DNA of 64,000 nt from Paragordius varius. Lineage: Eukaryota > Animalia > Nematomorpha. The position numbers and the translations under genes were made by a program. Location of the stretch: assembly GCA_964247055.1 (NCBI GenBank), contig OZ176051.1, positions 5,580,001-5,644,000 on the forward strand. The letters are read 5' to 3'. Position 1 is the first letter of the stretch. Every line of letters starts with the position of its first letter. Shown piece after piece: positions 29,752 to 43,195 of the stretch. The notes below the pieces were generated by a model, which saw only the letters and a program-made list of their open reading frames with translations, did no database searches and had not been told where the DNA came from.

Positions 29752-32306
29752 ATTTAACGTATTGAATCAGCAGGAGTATTTTTTTCAAAAAAAAATACAA
29801 AAATCTTAAAATAGTGATAATTATATCAAAATTTGTCGACATTGAAATTATTTCAAAAAAGATTTCCTGTATATGAGATTAATTATATTATCCAAATTGT
29901 AAAAAAGGGTGAAAGTATTATACTATTATACAATAATATATGAAAATCATAGTCTAGTTATTAGATACCTGGATAACATTTAATTTGGCACAAATCGGTT
30001 TGCTGTTTATATCAACTAACCATGCGTATTCCAAAGATTCTAAAATTTTTAGATGTGGGCATGAAAAATTTTATGGCAACAAGTTAAATGCATATAAGCT
30101 TATGAAATAAAAGAAACATGAACAAACCTTGTGTAATAGGGATATCTCTTCGAGAAAGATAACTTTTTGCCCTAAATGTCATGCCTTGATATGTGAAATC
30201 GGTTGTTTCAAGCGAAAAAGGTTTACAAAATCTATCTATAAACTCTAAGTGGCATTCATTAACGGACACAAGGAATAAACTTTCTTCAATTAATCTTTTC
30301 ATTTTAAAGGACAACATATCTACGGTAAAGACTGGTGTAATGTTAAAATGTACATCCTATACATAGATAAAAATCATAGTATACCTGTAATAAATATATG
30401 TTAGTATTGTGAATTGTCACCATAAATTCCATATCCATATGGTGAAAAATCAATTTTTTGCCTTGTGAGTTATTATTTACCGAAAAATTTACACAAGGTG
30501 TATGTTGTTGATAATCACCAAAATAGTTTTCCTAAAGTAATGTTATAAGTTTTGAAGAAAAAAAAATATTTTAGATCAATTATAAAAAGAGAAGTTATAA
30601 ACCTTGAAATTAAGGAGGCATTGGAGAAAAACACCATTAACATATACATTTGATGAGGATAATTGCAAACTGACCCACAGTTTATCAAAAGAATTCACAT
30701 TACTTGTTTCAAGTTTGCTATTTAGGAAGCATAATTTGTTGAATATAAGATTTGTCTAACCAATTTATTATTTACTGAAAGAACATATATTATTTAATAT
30801 GATAACTTTTTTCCAAAAATAAAATACAAATATTACGCATTATTGCCAAATATAGTTATTTTATTTGAAACAAAAGGCGCAAGTTTTAAGCTAAATTCAT
30901 TAATTAATTAATTAATTACGGGTGATCATAGCTATTGTGATATTTGTAGCGCAGACTCAAATCAATATGCGACTTTACATGCCATACGCAAAACCATAAT
31001 TTTTCTTCAGAATCACGAATTTCCATTCTAAAAATATAATAATCATAAAAGTTGAATATATATTTAATAAAAATTATTTGTGAATACAATCTCATAATGT
31101 GACCAATTTTAAGACGACGTTATGTGTTTTAAAAAAACATTTTAATCCGAAAAAGTTTAGTTTCACGTTTGTTTGTATAGCGTATAAATAAAAAATCTGT
31201 TTTAAACATTTATAATCCTTAATTGCTTTTTAATTAAGCCTATGTATTATTTTTTTATTGTTTTGTAATTTTGCAATATAATTTATTCAAATGTAATAAT
31301 TATCTAATATATAAATAACCTATATATTTATCAGTTGTTTCTCGTTACAAACGATATTCAACCCCAAATGATAATAAATGGTAAATTTACCAAAATTTCA
31401 CCACGATTTTAATTTAAAAAATTAAAAATTATCATTACTATGGTACCTGCAAGTTTGAATGTAAGGTTCGTTAATAATAATGAAGTTCGGATCATAATTT
31501 GAATATTGTTCATACAAGCATTTCAGGTATTGTTTTGATATATTGTATTCCGGTATATGCAATAACAGTCGAATATTATTCAACTAAAATACAATAATAT
31601 ATATTATTAGGCTGTTTAAATTTTGAGATTTACCTAAATATTACTTTTTTAAAGAGGATAAATTTAACTATTAACTAATAACTCTCAATTTCATTATAAA
31701 GGTCCAAAAATAATTAAAAAGGCAATGTTAAATATCTTGCAAAGGGGTTTAAAATCCAAATTTTTTAAATGCATAGATAATGTAACCATATGATTACTTA
31801 AAATGTTGATATGCCTTAATATTCTAAATTAACTTTTATAGCCAATGATGTTACATTATATTTTTCGATTATATGTAAAATAATGGTGTTTATCATCCTT
31901 ACACATAAAACTTAGTGGAATTTATATAAATTTTTTCAAAAAGCAAATTTTAGCTTTTAATTTTTTATTTCCTACAAATATTTTAGCAATTTTACTTTTA
32001 ATCAAAGTATACTCAATCAAAATTATATATGAAACTTCTTTAATTTATATAAATCAACATTCCATTTATTATTTTAAAAACCTTAAAATATTTTTTATTA
32101 TTATAAATTAAATAAATAGTTTTAAGGTTAAAAAGTTAAAATTATTAAAAATTTAAATGATTTAAAAATATTAAAATACTACCCGTGCATTGAACGGAAT
32201 AAAGGATGTTTTAGGTGCAAATGTAGACATATCCAAAGTATAAGTTGCATCGAATGATTCACATTGAATATTTAAAATGTGATTTCCGGATTCACAAAAT
32301 TTTCTG

Positions 32307-32341
<35 letters not shown>

Positions 32342-35300
32342 ATAAATCAAAATATAAAATTAATCTTAATAAGATATAATTTTGTAAAATAGATACAGTA
32401 GCGTATTGCAATAAAACAATATTAGTCCATAAAAGAATGAAAAAAAATGTTTTTTCTTAAAATCTCCTGTTTTTTCCTAAAATATTCTTTTAACATTGTT
32501 TTATGCTATACGCTATTGTATTCACAAAATATAGAACAATTTATATATTTTTTTAATAAAAAATTACCACTATTTACCCAATTTCCAAATAATTATATTG
32601 GTTTGTGAAAGTGTATATATTAAAAGATTTGCAATTCTTCAAATCAAAATTCCATATGCACGGATAAAATGTTAAAACATCCAAATGAGGAGATGTATTG
32701 TTAGGTTCCATGGTCCAATTATCAATGAAATCTATTAAATTTAATATGCAATATATAATATTTTTTGTTTTAAATTTTATTAGTATTTGTAAATAGCATA
32801 GTAATTATATTTTTTTACTTGCAAAAAATGATAAATTTTGGGAAAATACATTAAAAAACTAACCATGTAACTTAAACATATTTTTTAATATAAAAAAAAC
32901 AAAAATGCTAAATTAAATGTAGAGTTAAAAAAATTCTTTACACAAATATGTACATAATTAACCCTTAAAAGCGTTTTTTTATAAAAAGTAAAATATATTT
33001 TTCTAAAAATACCATTCAAGTGATTTTTGGAATCATACAATCCATACAATGTAGCATGTTCAAAGGTTATGGTAAAATTATAGATTTGTAAGGAATTAAA
33101 ATGCGTTTGATAATTTGTATAAATGATGATCTATAAATTATGTGAAAAAAATATTCACACGATTATATAAAGGTAAAATATATTGTTCAAATAAAAAATA
33201 ATTTAATTAAAACATATACAATTCCTTTTAAAAAATAAAAAATTATGAAAAACTATATTTATAGAAAAGTGCATGATAATCGCATTGATTAATTAGTTTA
33301 TCATATATTTGTCAGAAAAATCTTTGTTAACCCCTATTACCCGTTAAAAACTTATTTTGATTCACACATTTTGATATCTCATACTATACCATTTACAGTT
33401 CATAATCACTCTTAAACTATTCAAATGCGCCCTCGAATTCAAATTCACCCTAGAATAGATCTTTTATTACTTATATTTTTTGTATTTTTAAAAAATATTT
33501 TGTTAAAAAATTGAAACAATACTGAAAAAATAATAAACTATGCCTTAAAGATACATTTTATATTAATGGTGAGTTATATTAGCCCGAAAATTCATAATTT
33601 ATTTTTAGGGTAAATTTATATAGTTCTGGGGTGAATATGAATTGTTCGAGGGTGAATTCGAATTGTAAATGGTATATATATAAAATAGCAAAAAAAAATT
33701 CAAAAATCCAATATGGTTACTGCTAAATTTTGAGATCGAAATAATTGGTCAAACGGTTGACTAGTAGTGATAACCAAGTCATTCATAACACAGTTAACGA
33801 ATTCAAAATCAGGATCGTCTGCTCTTCCGCCCTTGATTAGCGGGGAAAATGGGATATTGAATTTAAGGTTGGAATTTTTTCCAAATTTCACACACAATTT
33901 TTGGGTAGCTTGCTAAAATAATATTGCTTTTGTAAATCTCAACCAAGAAGATATATATATATATTTAAACCTCTTTTTTTAGTCATCTAACGCATTTTTT
34001 ACCTCTTTTACAAAAATATTTTACTGTGTTATATAATTTATGCGTCTTAAAAGTCATAAACTTTGTTTATAGTTTCTTTGAATAAAATATAACCGTGTTA
34101 AAAACGCTTAACTTTTTATAGGTTTTATAAAAAAATACTATAGTTAATCAGTTCCACACAATGAAATTTTTAAAAAATAATAAGCAGCTTAATACAATAC
34201 GGGCTTAAACATAATAAAAAACGTAATCTAACCTGTTTAAGTTTATAAATTATATCAATGTAATTATCCGGATCGGAGAATGTCACTTTTCCATTAAAAC
34301 TCAAATGTTTTCTCAAAATCATATTATTAGGGCTTTGTAAACCATTAGTTTCTGTTCCATTTTTATCATTGTTGGGTGACGCTTCCTCATAAGATGGGAA
34401 AAAGAAGTTTTGCAATAATTTTCTAATTCAAACATATTTGTATAAAACATATTATTATAATTAACTAATTAGTCGAACAAAATGTAAATAGCATTTTAAA
34501 GATATTATATTTACCCCAAATAAATCGGAATAAAAATTAAATGATATAATTTCCATTTTAATAAAAAATTAGCTTTCACATGATCTAGCTAGAAGTTAAA
34601 CTACAGAAATTTGTGTAATGTGACAAGTCGATTTAATATCCTACTCGTCAAAATTTTTTAGCATTTCCATCAAAAAATTAATTCATACACTTTTAAATGA
34701 TATATTCTAAAAATAAAATCATCAGAGCTATCCACACATCTGATATGGGTTAAAAAACCCTAAGAATTTTTTAAAAAAAATCATATTACTACCTATTTTG
34801 ATCAAACCAAATGCCATAATGCATATAAAAATCTTTGGAGATGATTATATCTACTCCCCATTCCGGGTAATCTGTAATTTTATTTAGAATGTTATCATTT
34901 TCACAGCGAAGACCTGGACAATCTTGATACAATTCGTAATTCAAAATGCCGGCAGAAAAAAGTAAAATGGAATTGTCCAAAGCCATTTCTATGGGTGGTC
35001 GACTAGCATATAAATATGGGTTAAATTTAATTCATATGCTATTCATGAAGAACCAGTTATATAATTTATATTTGGGTATTAAACATAAAAAAGAGTATAG
35101 TTAATCTTCATGTGCGATAATAAAAAAAATACAGGACTCATTAAGAAAAAAAATTATTCAATTTTTGCCTTAATTTAGTTTTAATTTTGATATATAAAAT
35201 TTTTTTATAGTTTTTGATTCATTTGATGGTTAGGAATACCTTTAAGAGATTGTTAAAGAGTACTTTTATAATAAAAATTGGAGGAATACGACATTAAAAT

Positions 35301-36707
35301 TAATTATAACCAAATAATGAATATTATAAGTAATTATAGTCATAAACAAAATTTACTTAATAAAAATTATTTTTATCGGTTAAATATTTAACGTATAATT
35401 AATACTAATTCATAAGATATTTTATTATCCGTATGAAAAAAATCAGGTTAATTATTTAATATAAGATCAAACGATGATACTAAATTACTAAATGTTAAGA
35501 TATAAATTCTTATAAAATAGCAAAAATGTGTTTTATTTATTAAGTATTGTGTAATTAAATATTTTCAATGATAATGATCAAAGAATTGGCGTGCAAAAAC
35601 AAGTTTTGCCAATGACAATTATTCAACATTAAATAAAAAAATTGTTTTAAATGTCTTGAGAATCGGACCTTATAATTCAAAATTAAGCTTTAAAAACAAG
35701 GCATTAAACTCGACGGAACCCAAAACCTTGTAAATTTTGTGTGGTTGTTTTTGCGATTACAATTAAATGATATGAGTGAGAATTTTGATTTGGGAAGCTG
35801 TTGTCATTTCAAAACATACCATTAAATTTTTGAATTGGGATAAAAGTTAATATTTAATTACCCAAGGGTATTTTGAGTGTCATTTTTGATTAATTTACAA
35901 ATAATTTTTACGGCCTTTCCTTTAATTTTGTGACAAAAAGAATCATTGACTGATTTAGCAGGAGTTACTATGTAATAGAATTTGGTGTAATATATTTCAA
36001 ATAATATATTATTCGGTAATTTGGCATTACCAAACATTATACGCATCTAATATTAAGTATTTTAGCTACTTGCGATATTTGAAACTTTAAGACTGGGAAA
36101 AAAGTAAGCCAAAATTTGCGCCAAGCCATAGTATTTTTATCACAAATACTTCCAAAATCTGATATATTATGAGACAAATTATGGTAAAGTTGCGATCTAT
36201 TGTATATGTGTAAATCCAAATGATTGAAAACAATGTGAATTCGATTAGATGTAAGTGCTAAATTTAAAAATTATATTACTATTAACTAAATTTAAGTTTT
36301 CGTTTAACGGTATCCACCATCGATAAACTATATAACCGTCAAAAATCTTAATTGAGAAATCGTTTGAGGCGTATGTTATTTTTTTAAACATAACTTTACC
36401 AGATAATATTGAAACCGAAAGAGAGGCTAATAAATAAAACTATTTATGACTTATATCGATTTCATATTTGGTAAAAAGTCTGACCAACTTTGTTATCAGA
36501 TATCCCTGTAGTCTGCTAAAAAAGAAAATTGAGTAAATGATCCATATAACAAAGAGGATACATATAACTAAATTTAATAATTATTTTTTTAACTCAACTT
36601 GTATATATTCCTAAGTAGGCATAAGCATTTTTCGTATCTGATCTAACATCAGAAAATTCAAACGAATTTTCTTTCCATTTTACCGGCAAATTATTCAAGT
36701 TGCCCAT
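7349..36707 (-). CDS. BLTP1: Bridge-like lipid transfer protein family member 1 (KIAA1109/Tweek/Csf1 orthologue), many exons
   Basis: N-terminus VIWIIYSIFFFSRLQGYLITKLV...SLSVSILSGKVMFKKITY...DGYIVYRWW matches the KIAA1109 N-terminal TM region. Internal exons LKWDHFQLLICQSTQNDLIKMVSKIREFFQQQF and DFDSHILVSVDAELLAFLHDLIISY match. C-terminus GVDFILQKLGFNHARLTIPKWIQRGAMDHLDKFL matches the conserved FSA_C end. Start ATG at 36707 is inferred (MGNLNNLPVKW). Confidence 0.95.
8810..8936. mobile_element. Small degenerate MITE in a BLTP1 intron
   Basis: About 45-bp imperfect terminal inverted repeats (ATTTCACAC...CAGTAGTGTATGGAA vs reverse complement ATTTCACAC...CAGTATTCTATGGAA); no clear TSD. Confidence 0.4.
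32179..32340 (-). mobile_element. 162-bp mini-Helitron
   Basis: On the minus strand: A|TC(AT)n start, and end hairpin CCGTTCAATGCACGG followed by GTAG|T. Confidence 0.6.
33385..33676. mobile_element. MITE, TATACCATTTACA termini (subfamily 1)
   Basis: TIR TATACCATTTACA / TGTAAATGGTATA; degenerate subterminal TTCAAATTCACCC units inverted at the two ends. Confidence 0.75.
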
Positions 36708-36745
36708 GCCTAGCCATGTGAAATAAGGAATGTTTGCCAAACAGC

Positions 36746-37308
36746 ATGACTGTGGGAAAGTTTGTGTTTAAGGTGTTGAAATATGGTGCGATAACTCATG
36801 TAATTTTATCTCATGGTATTAATTGTGCATTGGTAAGATTTTAAAATATTTAATCTTAAAGTGTAGTGGACCATCAATGAAACCAACCCTTACGGATGGG
36901 GATGTCATAATGATTGAATTCATCTCAGTACTGCTACATAAAATAAAAAGGTTCCACTAATTGATCACCCTAAGGAATGATATCGTAATATCTAAATCAA
37001 TTGATGATCCAAATTATATGTTATGCAAGAGAGTGGTTGGTTTGGAGGGTGACCGCATAAATGGAAAATTTGTATATTTCTAATTTATTTCGCATCTTTT
37101 CGCTTAAATAAAAATTATTAGTTTGCAATAATCTTAGATTCCAAAAGGACATGTATGGTTAGAAGGTGATAACAAATATTCATCTCACGATTCTCGCAAT
37201 TATGGACCCATACCACTTGGTCTCGTATATGCTCGCGTCTTTGCAAAAGTTTTTTTCCCCATATAAATATAGATATACCCCAATATATCATATATAAAAA
37301 ATCCATAA
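36746..37308 (+). CDS. IMMP1L: Mitochondrial inner membrane peptidase subunit 1 (5 exons)
   Basis: MTVGKFVFKVLKYGAITH...CSGPSMKPTL (catalytic Ser)...RNDIVISKSIDDPNYMLCKRVVGLEGD (catalytic Lys)...IPKGHVWLEGDNKYSSHDSRNYGPIPLGLV; GT-AG introns at 36833-36861, 36951-36974, ~37073-37138 and 37249-37272. Confidence 0.93.
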
Positions 37309-37700
37309 TTAAATTATATTTGTAATAAATTAAACGCGTACAGTTTTAATTATAAATCATATTCCGACTAAAACAATTTTACCATTAAGTGGGTTTCATG
37401 AAAATATTTTAATTGATTTTATTTAAAATTATTTCATGCTCATAGAATCAATAGAGTCAGGGTAGACATATTTGTATTCAGATTTACCGTTTTTCTACAT
37501 ATTTCACAATATTAATCGCCAGGACTTGGCAAATACTTTTTTGTTTTTGTCTGAAATTTTGCATCTTATATATAATCATTTTAGTTTTCTTTTTCCAACT
37601 ACGGTTAATAAATCTATATATATTTTGAGTTAATTAAAGTTTCTCGACGTCCAACGTAGTATTATTATATAAATTTGAAGCAAAAAATAAAATCTTTATA

Positions 37701-38042
37701 TATACCATTTACAGTTCAAATTCACCCTTGAACAATTCAAATTCACCCTAAAAATAAATTATCTGTTTTCGAACTAATATAATTCATTATTAATATGAAA
37801 TATATGTATATGGTATAGTTTTTTTCAGTATTATTTTAATTTAAAAATTTTTATTTTTTAAAAATATATAAAATATAGGTAATTTTTAATCTTAAAAAAC
37901 ACATATTTTATTTGAGGGTGAATTTGAATTGTTCGTGGGTGAATTTGAGTTGTTCAAGGGTGAATTCGAATTGTTCAAGGGTGAATTCGAATTGTTTAAG
38001 GAATTTGAATTGTTTAAGGGTGAATGAATTGTAAATGGTATA
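37701..38042. mobile_element. MITE, TATACCATTTACA termini (subfamily 1)
   Basis: Same TIRs as 33385-33676; 21-bp subterminal units TTCAAATTCACCCTTGAACAA, about 2 on the left and 5-6 inverted on the right. Confidence 0.8.
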
Positions 38043-40983
38043 TATGGTCAATTTTATTTTTCCAAAAAAGGGACTCTGATTAAAATCTTGAAGTAAAAAA
38101 ATTTACTAAAACTAACTCCTGGGTTCTGCATTCATTAAAACTAGCATTTATGACAAGAAAATAGTCGACAAAATTACTTTTTTATAATAGTAGATGAATG
38201 AGAATATATGCAATAAATGGTCCTCTTATCTGTGATTTAGCATATTATCGAAAGCTTTTTCAAATAAACCTCGTAAACCAGCCTTTAAAAATAGGGATTC
38301 AAATAAAAAATGTGGTTGTATATAGCTATAACTTCTGTAAAATGACATTTTTTGCAAAAAACCATCTGTCTTACAAAGATATAAATGGTGTCTAAGGTAA
38401 AATGCGTAAAAAATCCAAATGTTATATATCGAGATTTTCTTATTACTAAAAGGTTTTTGAAGTCCTTTTTCGTTCAATGGTCAATTCAATATTGTATGTG
38501 AAAGATTCTATAAAGGTATTTACAAGAAAACATTTAAGGCCATTCAAATACAATAATTATTTTTTTTAATTTAAGCTGTTGCGACAGCATAGAGCGATTT
38601 TACAGCAGTATCCCAATTATTTTTTTGCGCGCACTTTCTTATATTAGCTCCGTTAAAATTTATTAATGCGCGTGTGTGAGCCAATGAGTGAATATTTTGC
38701 CCTTGTAAAATAAGGTTTTATGGTAGAAAAACAAATGTTCTGATAAAGAGTTTTGTTAAAAAACCAACAATATGAGCTAGTTAAGGCCATTTACTGACTT
38801 TTAAATGCTTTGAAAGTACTTACATCTCAGTTAAGTATGCAGTAGAATCAAACAGATATCAATAATGTGTTTAGGGATCATTTATAAAAGATTTTAATAC
38901 ATTTTAATAATGTTATGCGGTGAATTCAGAAAAAAGACATTTTGTAGAGGTAGAAGGACATTAAAATACAATGCGGACCAAAGCCAAGGAGATGAGACAT
39001 GAAAGAGACTAAAGTGACATTGAATTGGAAATCTAGCGGTAAAAGATAAAAAAAATATAAATTAATAGTTCCAACTACTTAAAAAAGGCATTATATAAGC
39101 GAATACCAGGTTATAAATTAATTGAAGTATTGAATAAATCAAGTACGGGACAGTTAGTATATTTGAGATTAATATTAGTTTAGACTTTACTTTTTATTAG
39201 TACCAGTATTTTTTCGACTTCGGAAAAAAACATTTTCTCCACCCGATACATATAAGCGACCGACAGGGTAGATCTAGTACTATATTCATTTATGAATCGA
39301 CTTAAAAACAAATCATGAGGAATATGTAACTACAATTTTTCATTTGTTAATTAATTATTGTGATTACATAGTATGGAAAGAAACATTACAATGGTTTTTA
39401 ATAGAGTGTTCATATGAGTGGAAATTATTTAAAAGTTTTTGGTGGTTGGCTAAGTTTTACTTGTATGGATAAAATCTTTATTATGATATAAATCTTTTTT
39501 GCCTTGGTCATATTATGCAGACAAAGTGATTAACCAATATTTTTATAAGTGTTTTTTAATTAAATTAAATAGAGGGCGTGTTCATTTAATCTTTGAAATA
39601 CAAAGTTATTTAAATGTTAATTACATCATATATGTTTTATTTGCATTAGAAATTTTTTATACTTGATGATGATTTTTTATGCTTTGTGAAATTAACATAT
39701 ACAGATAATAGGATTTTGTTGGTTCTGTATGATTTTAATAACACTATTGCCTATGTGAAGGTTGAAACAATGTTCATACATTGCTAGTTTTTGATTTAAA
39801 TACTGTCAGATAACATTTACAGTAAAGAACAATTTTTTCCTTTAAAATTTGAATATATCACATATGTATTAAATGAATATATATTTTTTAATATACATAA
39901 CGTAATTTTGCCCCATTAAAATTTCTTAAATTACAATAGACTCAGCCAAGCGGGGTTTAAAAATATGACACTTATGTAGCCCCAATAATCAAATGTATTA
40001 TTAAGTTGATTTACTTCATATTACATGGAATTACTCCTGAACTAAAAATAACTTTAACGTAATAGTAAGCCCCAAAATTTAAAGCACGATAAACATTCTA
40101 ATACATTGATCTATCAGAGTTATATATTTTATCGGGATTCCTCGATTTTTTTCACTGTGTATCTGTTTTATCAGTATGGTATACCACGTTTTTTTGGATT
40201 TAAGGCAATGAGATAACAGAAAATCAAAAATGGGAAGTCAGAAGAAACATGTTCATCATATACACATAAATTATGGGAAAAATTATATCGAATTTATAAC
40301 TCTCCTTTTTGCAAATAACAGAAAAAAAAATACATTTAATCATTAAGTCTGACCGTTGGAAAGGATTACATATAATTTTTATTTTCTCATATATCGCGTG
40401 TAATATACCGATGGACTTTTAAACTTTTGTTATCTTAATTTATAACACATAAAACACCATATAAACTCTCAAAATGTTCATAAAACTTAAAAGTAAGAAT
40501 CTTTATTAAGTGCTATGAAACCATTTCACATTAACTATGTCAACAAGTTTAACGAATATTTTGCCTTTCTCGTGTCAAGACGGTCATTAATCATAAAATG
40601 GTGCTGGCGAAGAGTCATTTTTATCGAAAATCCAATTTATCTAGGGCGGATGACAATTATTTTTTATTTTGTATGAAATACACCATGCTCAGTTGAATGT
40701 ATAAAAAATTAACTATGAAGGTATTTACAGGAAAACATTTAAGGTTTTTAATAAAATTAGGCTGTTGCGACGTCATAGAGCGATTTTAGTGCAATATCCC
40801 AATTATGCCCATATTTTAGCGAGCACTTTTTTAAATTACAGTCAACATTTCCTATTAATGCACGTGTGGGAGCCAAATTTTTTAAAATGAGTCAATATTA
40901 TCCCAGCCCTTGTAAAATAAGGTTTTATGGTCGAAAAACGAGTGTTCTAATAAAGAGTTATTAAACTAGTTATGGCCATTTAC

Positions 40984-43194
40984 TAATGTGACCAGATATT
41001 TTATACTTTGACGCAGTACAAAATTAAAACATACTTTGCCTGTTTTTACGCCATCGGTGTGGTATATTACACAGTTAAAAAAATCATGATGAAATATATA
41101 TGCTCTGATAGGAAAATATCAGGATTATCATGGGGCTTTTGGTTTAAATCTTCACGAGTTATTGAAGTAATTTATTTACACTTTTGTGGTAGGTACTCCG
41201 CATAAAATTGCAAAAGGTGCGCAATTTTTTTATTATATTTTTTGGTGAAAGCTAAATGCTTTATTACAAAACATATCACTAAAATATAACATAAACTCAA
41301 TATAAAAAGTATAACAATATTTTAAAAATTTTTAAATCCCTAATTTTTTGGCTCTTTTAAAATAGACTGTTCACTTAAACGCAAAAATTCCGACATTGTG
41401 CAATAATTTATATGCTAATTTGATATCGACTAAATATATTTTAATAAAAATCCATACTTTTAAAATTTAATATTTAGCAAAATTTTGTTGAACCGTACTT
41501 ACTATTTTCATGATACCACTTATATATACCATTTGCACTTCAAGAGTGTCCTTGAACACTTCAAGTTGGTCCTTGAACACTTCAAATTGGTCTTTGAACA
41601 CTTCAAGTTGGTCCTTGAACATTTTAAGTTGGTCCTTGAAATTTCAAGTTGGTCTTTGAACATTTCAAGTTGGTCCTTGAACACTTCAAGTTGGTCCTTA
41701 AAATTTATAAATTTTGATTTAACCATAATTTTTGCAATTATTTTTTTATTTTATTATTTATTAACCTAATTTTCTTTATTTATTATATATATATGCATTT
41801 AAAAATAAAAAATTTTATTTAAAAACCACTTTTTTATTTCAAACTATTTTTTTTCTATTTAACAAATTTATTGACTTTTAAATGTTTTAAATGAAAAATT
41901 TAATTAATAACCCGGAAAACTATATTTTTTCATTTCGTGTTAAAATCCTATAAATATCCAAAATTATTTTATGAAATTAATAAAGAAGATATACGGTTTC
42001 TCAAAGACTAAGAGTTGATATCGATTTAAAATTTATGTCAAATGGAAAATAGGTTAAAAACGATAAAATAGATGAATAATACACGATTTGACTGATAAAA
42101 GTTAAAAACAAAACAAAAAAGTCAAAGGACCAACTTGAAGTGTTCAAGGACCAACTTGTACTGTTCAAGGATTAACTTGAATTGTTCAAGGACCTTGAAT
42201 TGTTCAAGTACCATTTTGAAGTTTTCAAGGACACTCTTGAAGTGCAAATGGTATATATAATTCGATAATGCTAAACATTTTTTAACTCAAAATTTTGTTT
42301 AAAATATTCGTTCGTTTTTAAATTTATTCTAAATCTCCAAAACTTCCAAGCAAACAAACCTTTAAATTAAAATTCCCAACCTATGGTAATGTTCAACATC
42401 ATCGAAATATAAAAGGGTTTTATTATAACTTAAAGCGTTATACCGTTTCCATCATGCTTCAAAATAGTTTGAAGTACGCTTCAACAAAATATCTCAAATT
42501 TAATGCAAAAAATAAGAAAACTAATAAAAATTAAAGTTAAGGAAAAAAATTAAGAAATATCATACATCCTACCTAATGAGTGTAGAAAACGTAAAAAACT
42601 CTTAATTTTTTTACGAAAAAAGGTTATTTCGAAATCATATGCCATACATAATAAATTTCAAATGTTACGGGAATACAATTTTCTATATAATTTTCCGTTT
42701 GATAATTATAACAAAAAATGAACTTTCTAAACTCTACAATACATTATGAAAATATCATAAATTATTTTGTTAATTTTAATTTTGAGGCACCTCTTTTTGC
42801 GGATGCCCTGGGTGAAAGAGCCATTAGCCTAAATCTTACGGTGTGGACTCCGAGATTTATAGTTTTGCCACTGCGTGAAAGGCTGCAATCCTAAGTTTTA
42901 TGTATAATTCGAGCAAAACATAAAAAATTAACCAATAAAAATAGGCCAATCTTAGTTTTTTACCGCAAAATGAACCATTTCTTAAGAGATTATGGGGTTA
43001 TATTTAAAGAGGGTATTATATAAATACTAAAATAATATTTTTGAATGAATAAAAGGTAATTAATATATATTAAATAAAAAATTAAATTTTTTTTCATTTT
43101 TAAAAAGCAGTACAAAAGTAGGCGCAGTACAGGCCAGTTTTTTTTCTGAAAACCCAGTACTGTTCTGCGAAAAACAACCTATCTGGTCACATTA
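40984..43194. mobile_element. Non-autonomous hAT element with Blackjack-like TIRs (copy 1), containing a nested MITE
   Basis: 14-bp TIR TAATGTGACCAGAT / ATCTGGTCACATTA; flanks CCATTTAC and ACATTTCC (degenerate 8-bp TSD); the empty site CCATTTAC is present at 38787-38794. Confidence 0.85.
41525..42255. mobile_element. MITE, TATACCATTTGCA termini (subfamily 2), nested in the hAT
   Basis: TIR TATACCATTTGCACTTCAAG; about 8 left and 5-6 inverted right copies of the 21-mer TTCAAGTTGGTCCTTGAACAC. Confidence 0.85.
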
Positions 43195-43195
43195 A

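Noticed and set aside
38226-38477. Minus ORF containing FEKAFD, like a LINE RT motif
   Set aside because: Single short motif with no neighbouring RT motifs in register.
40900-40990. Possible spliced-leader RNA gene (CCCTTGTAAAATAAG|GT, resembling cnidarian SL ends), repeated in each unit
   Set aside because: No convincing Sm site or SL stem-loops downstream, and the copies differ by indels in the would-be leader.
41525-41700. CRISPR-like regular repeats
   Set aside because: Contiguous 21-mers with no unique spacers, mirrored at the element's other end, in a eukaryotic context without cas genes.
41485-41769. ORFs with periodic peptides (EHFKLVL / SSWSLN / KDQLE), also at 45919-46125
   Set aside because: They are translations of the 21-bp MITE subterminal array, not genes.
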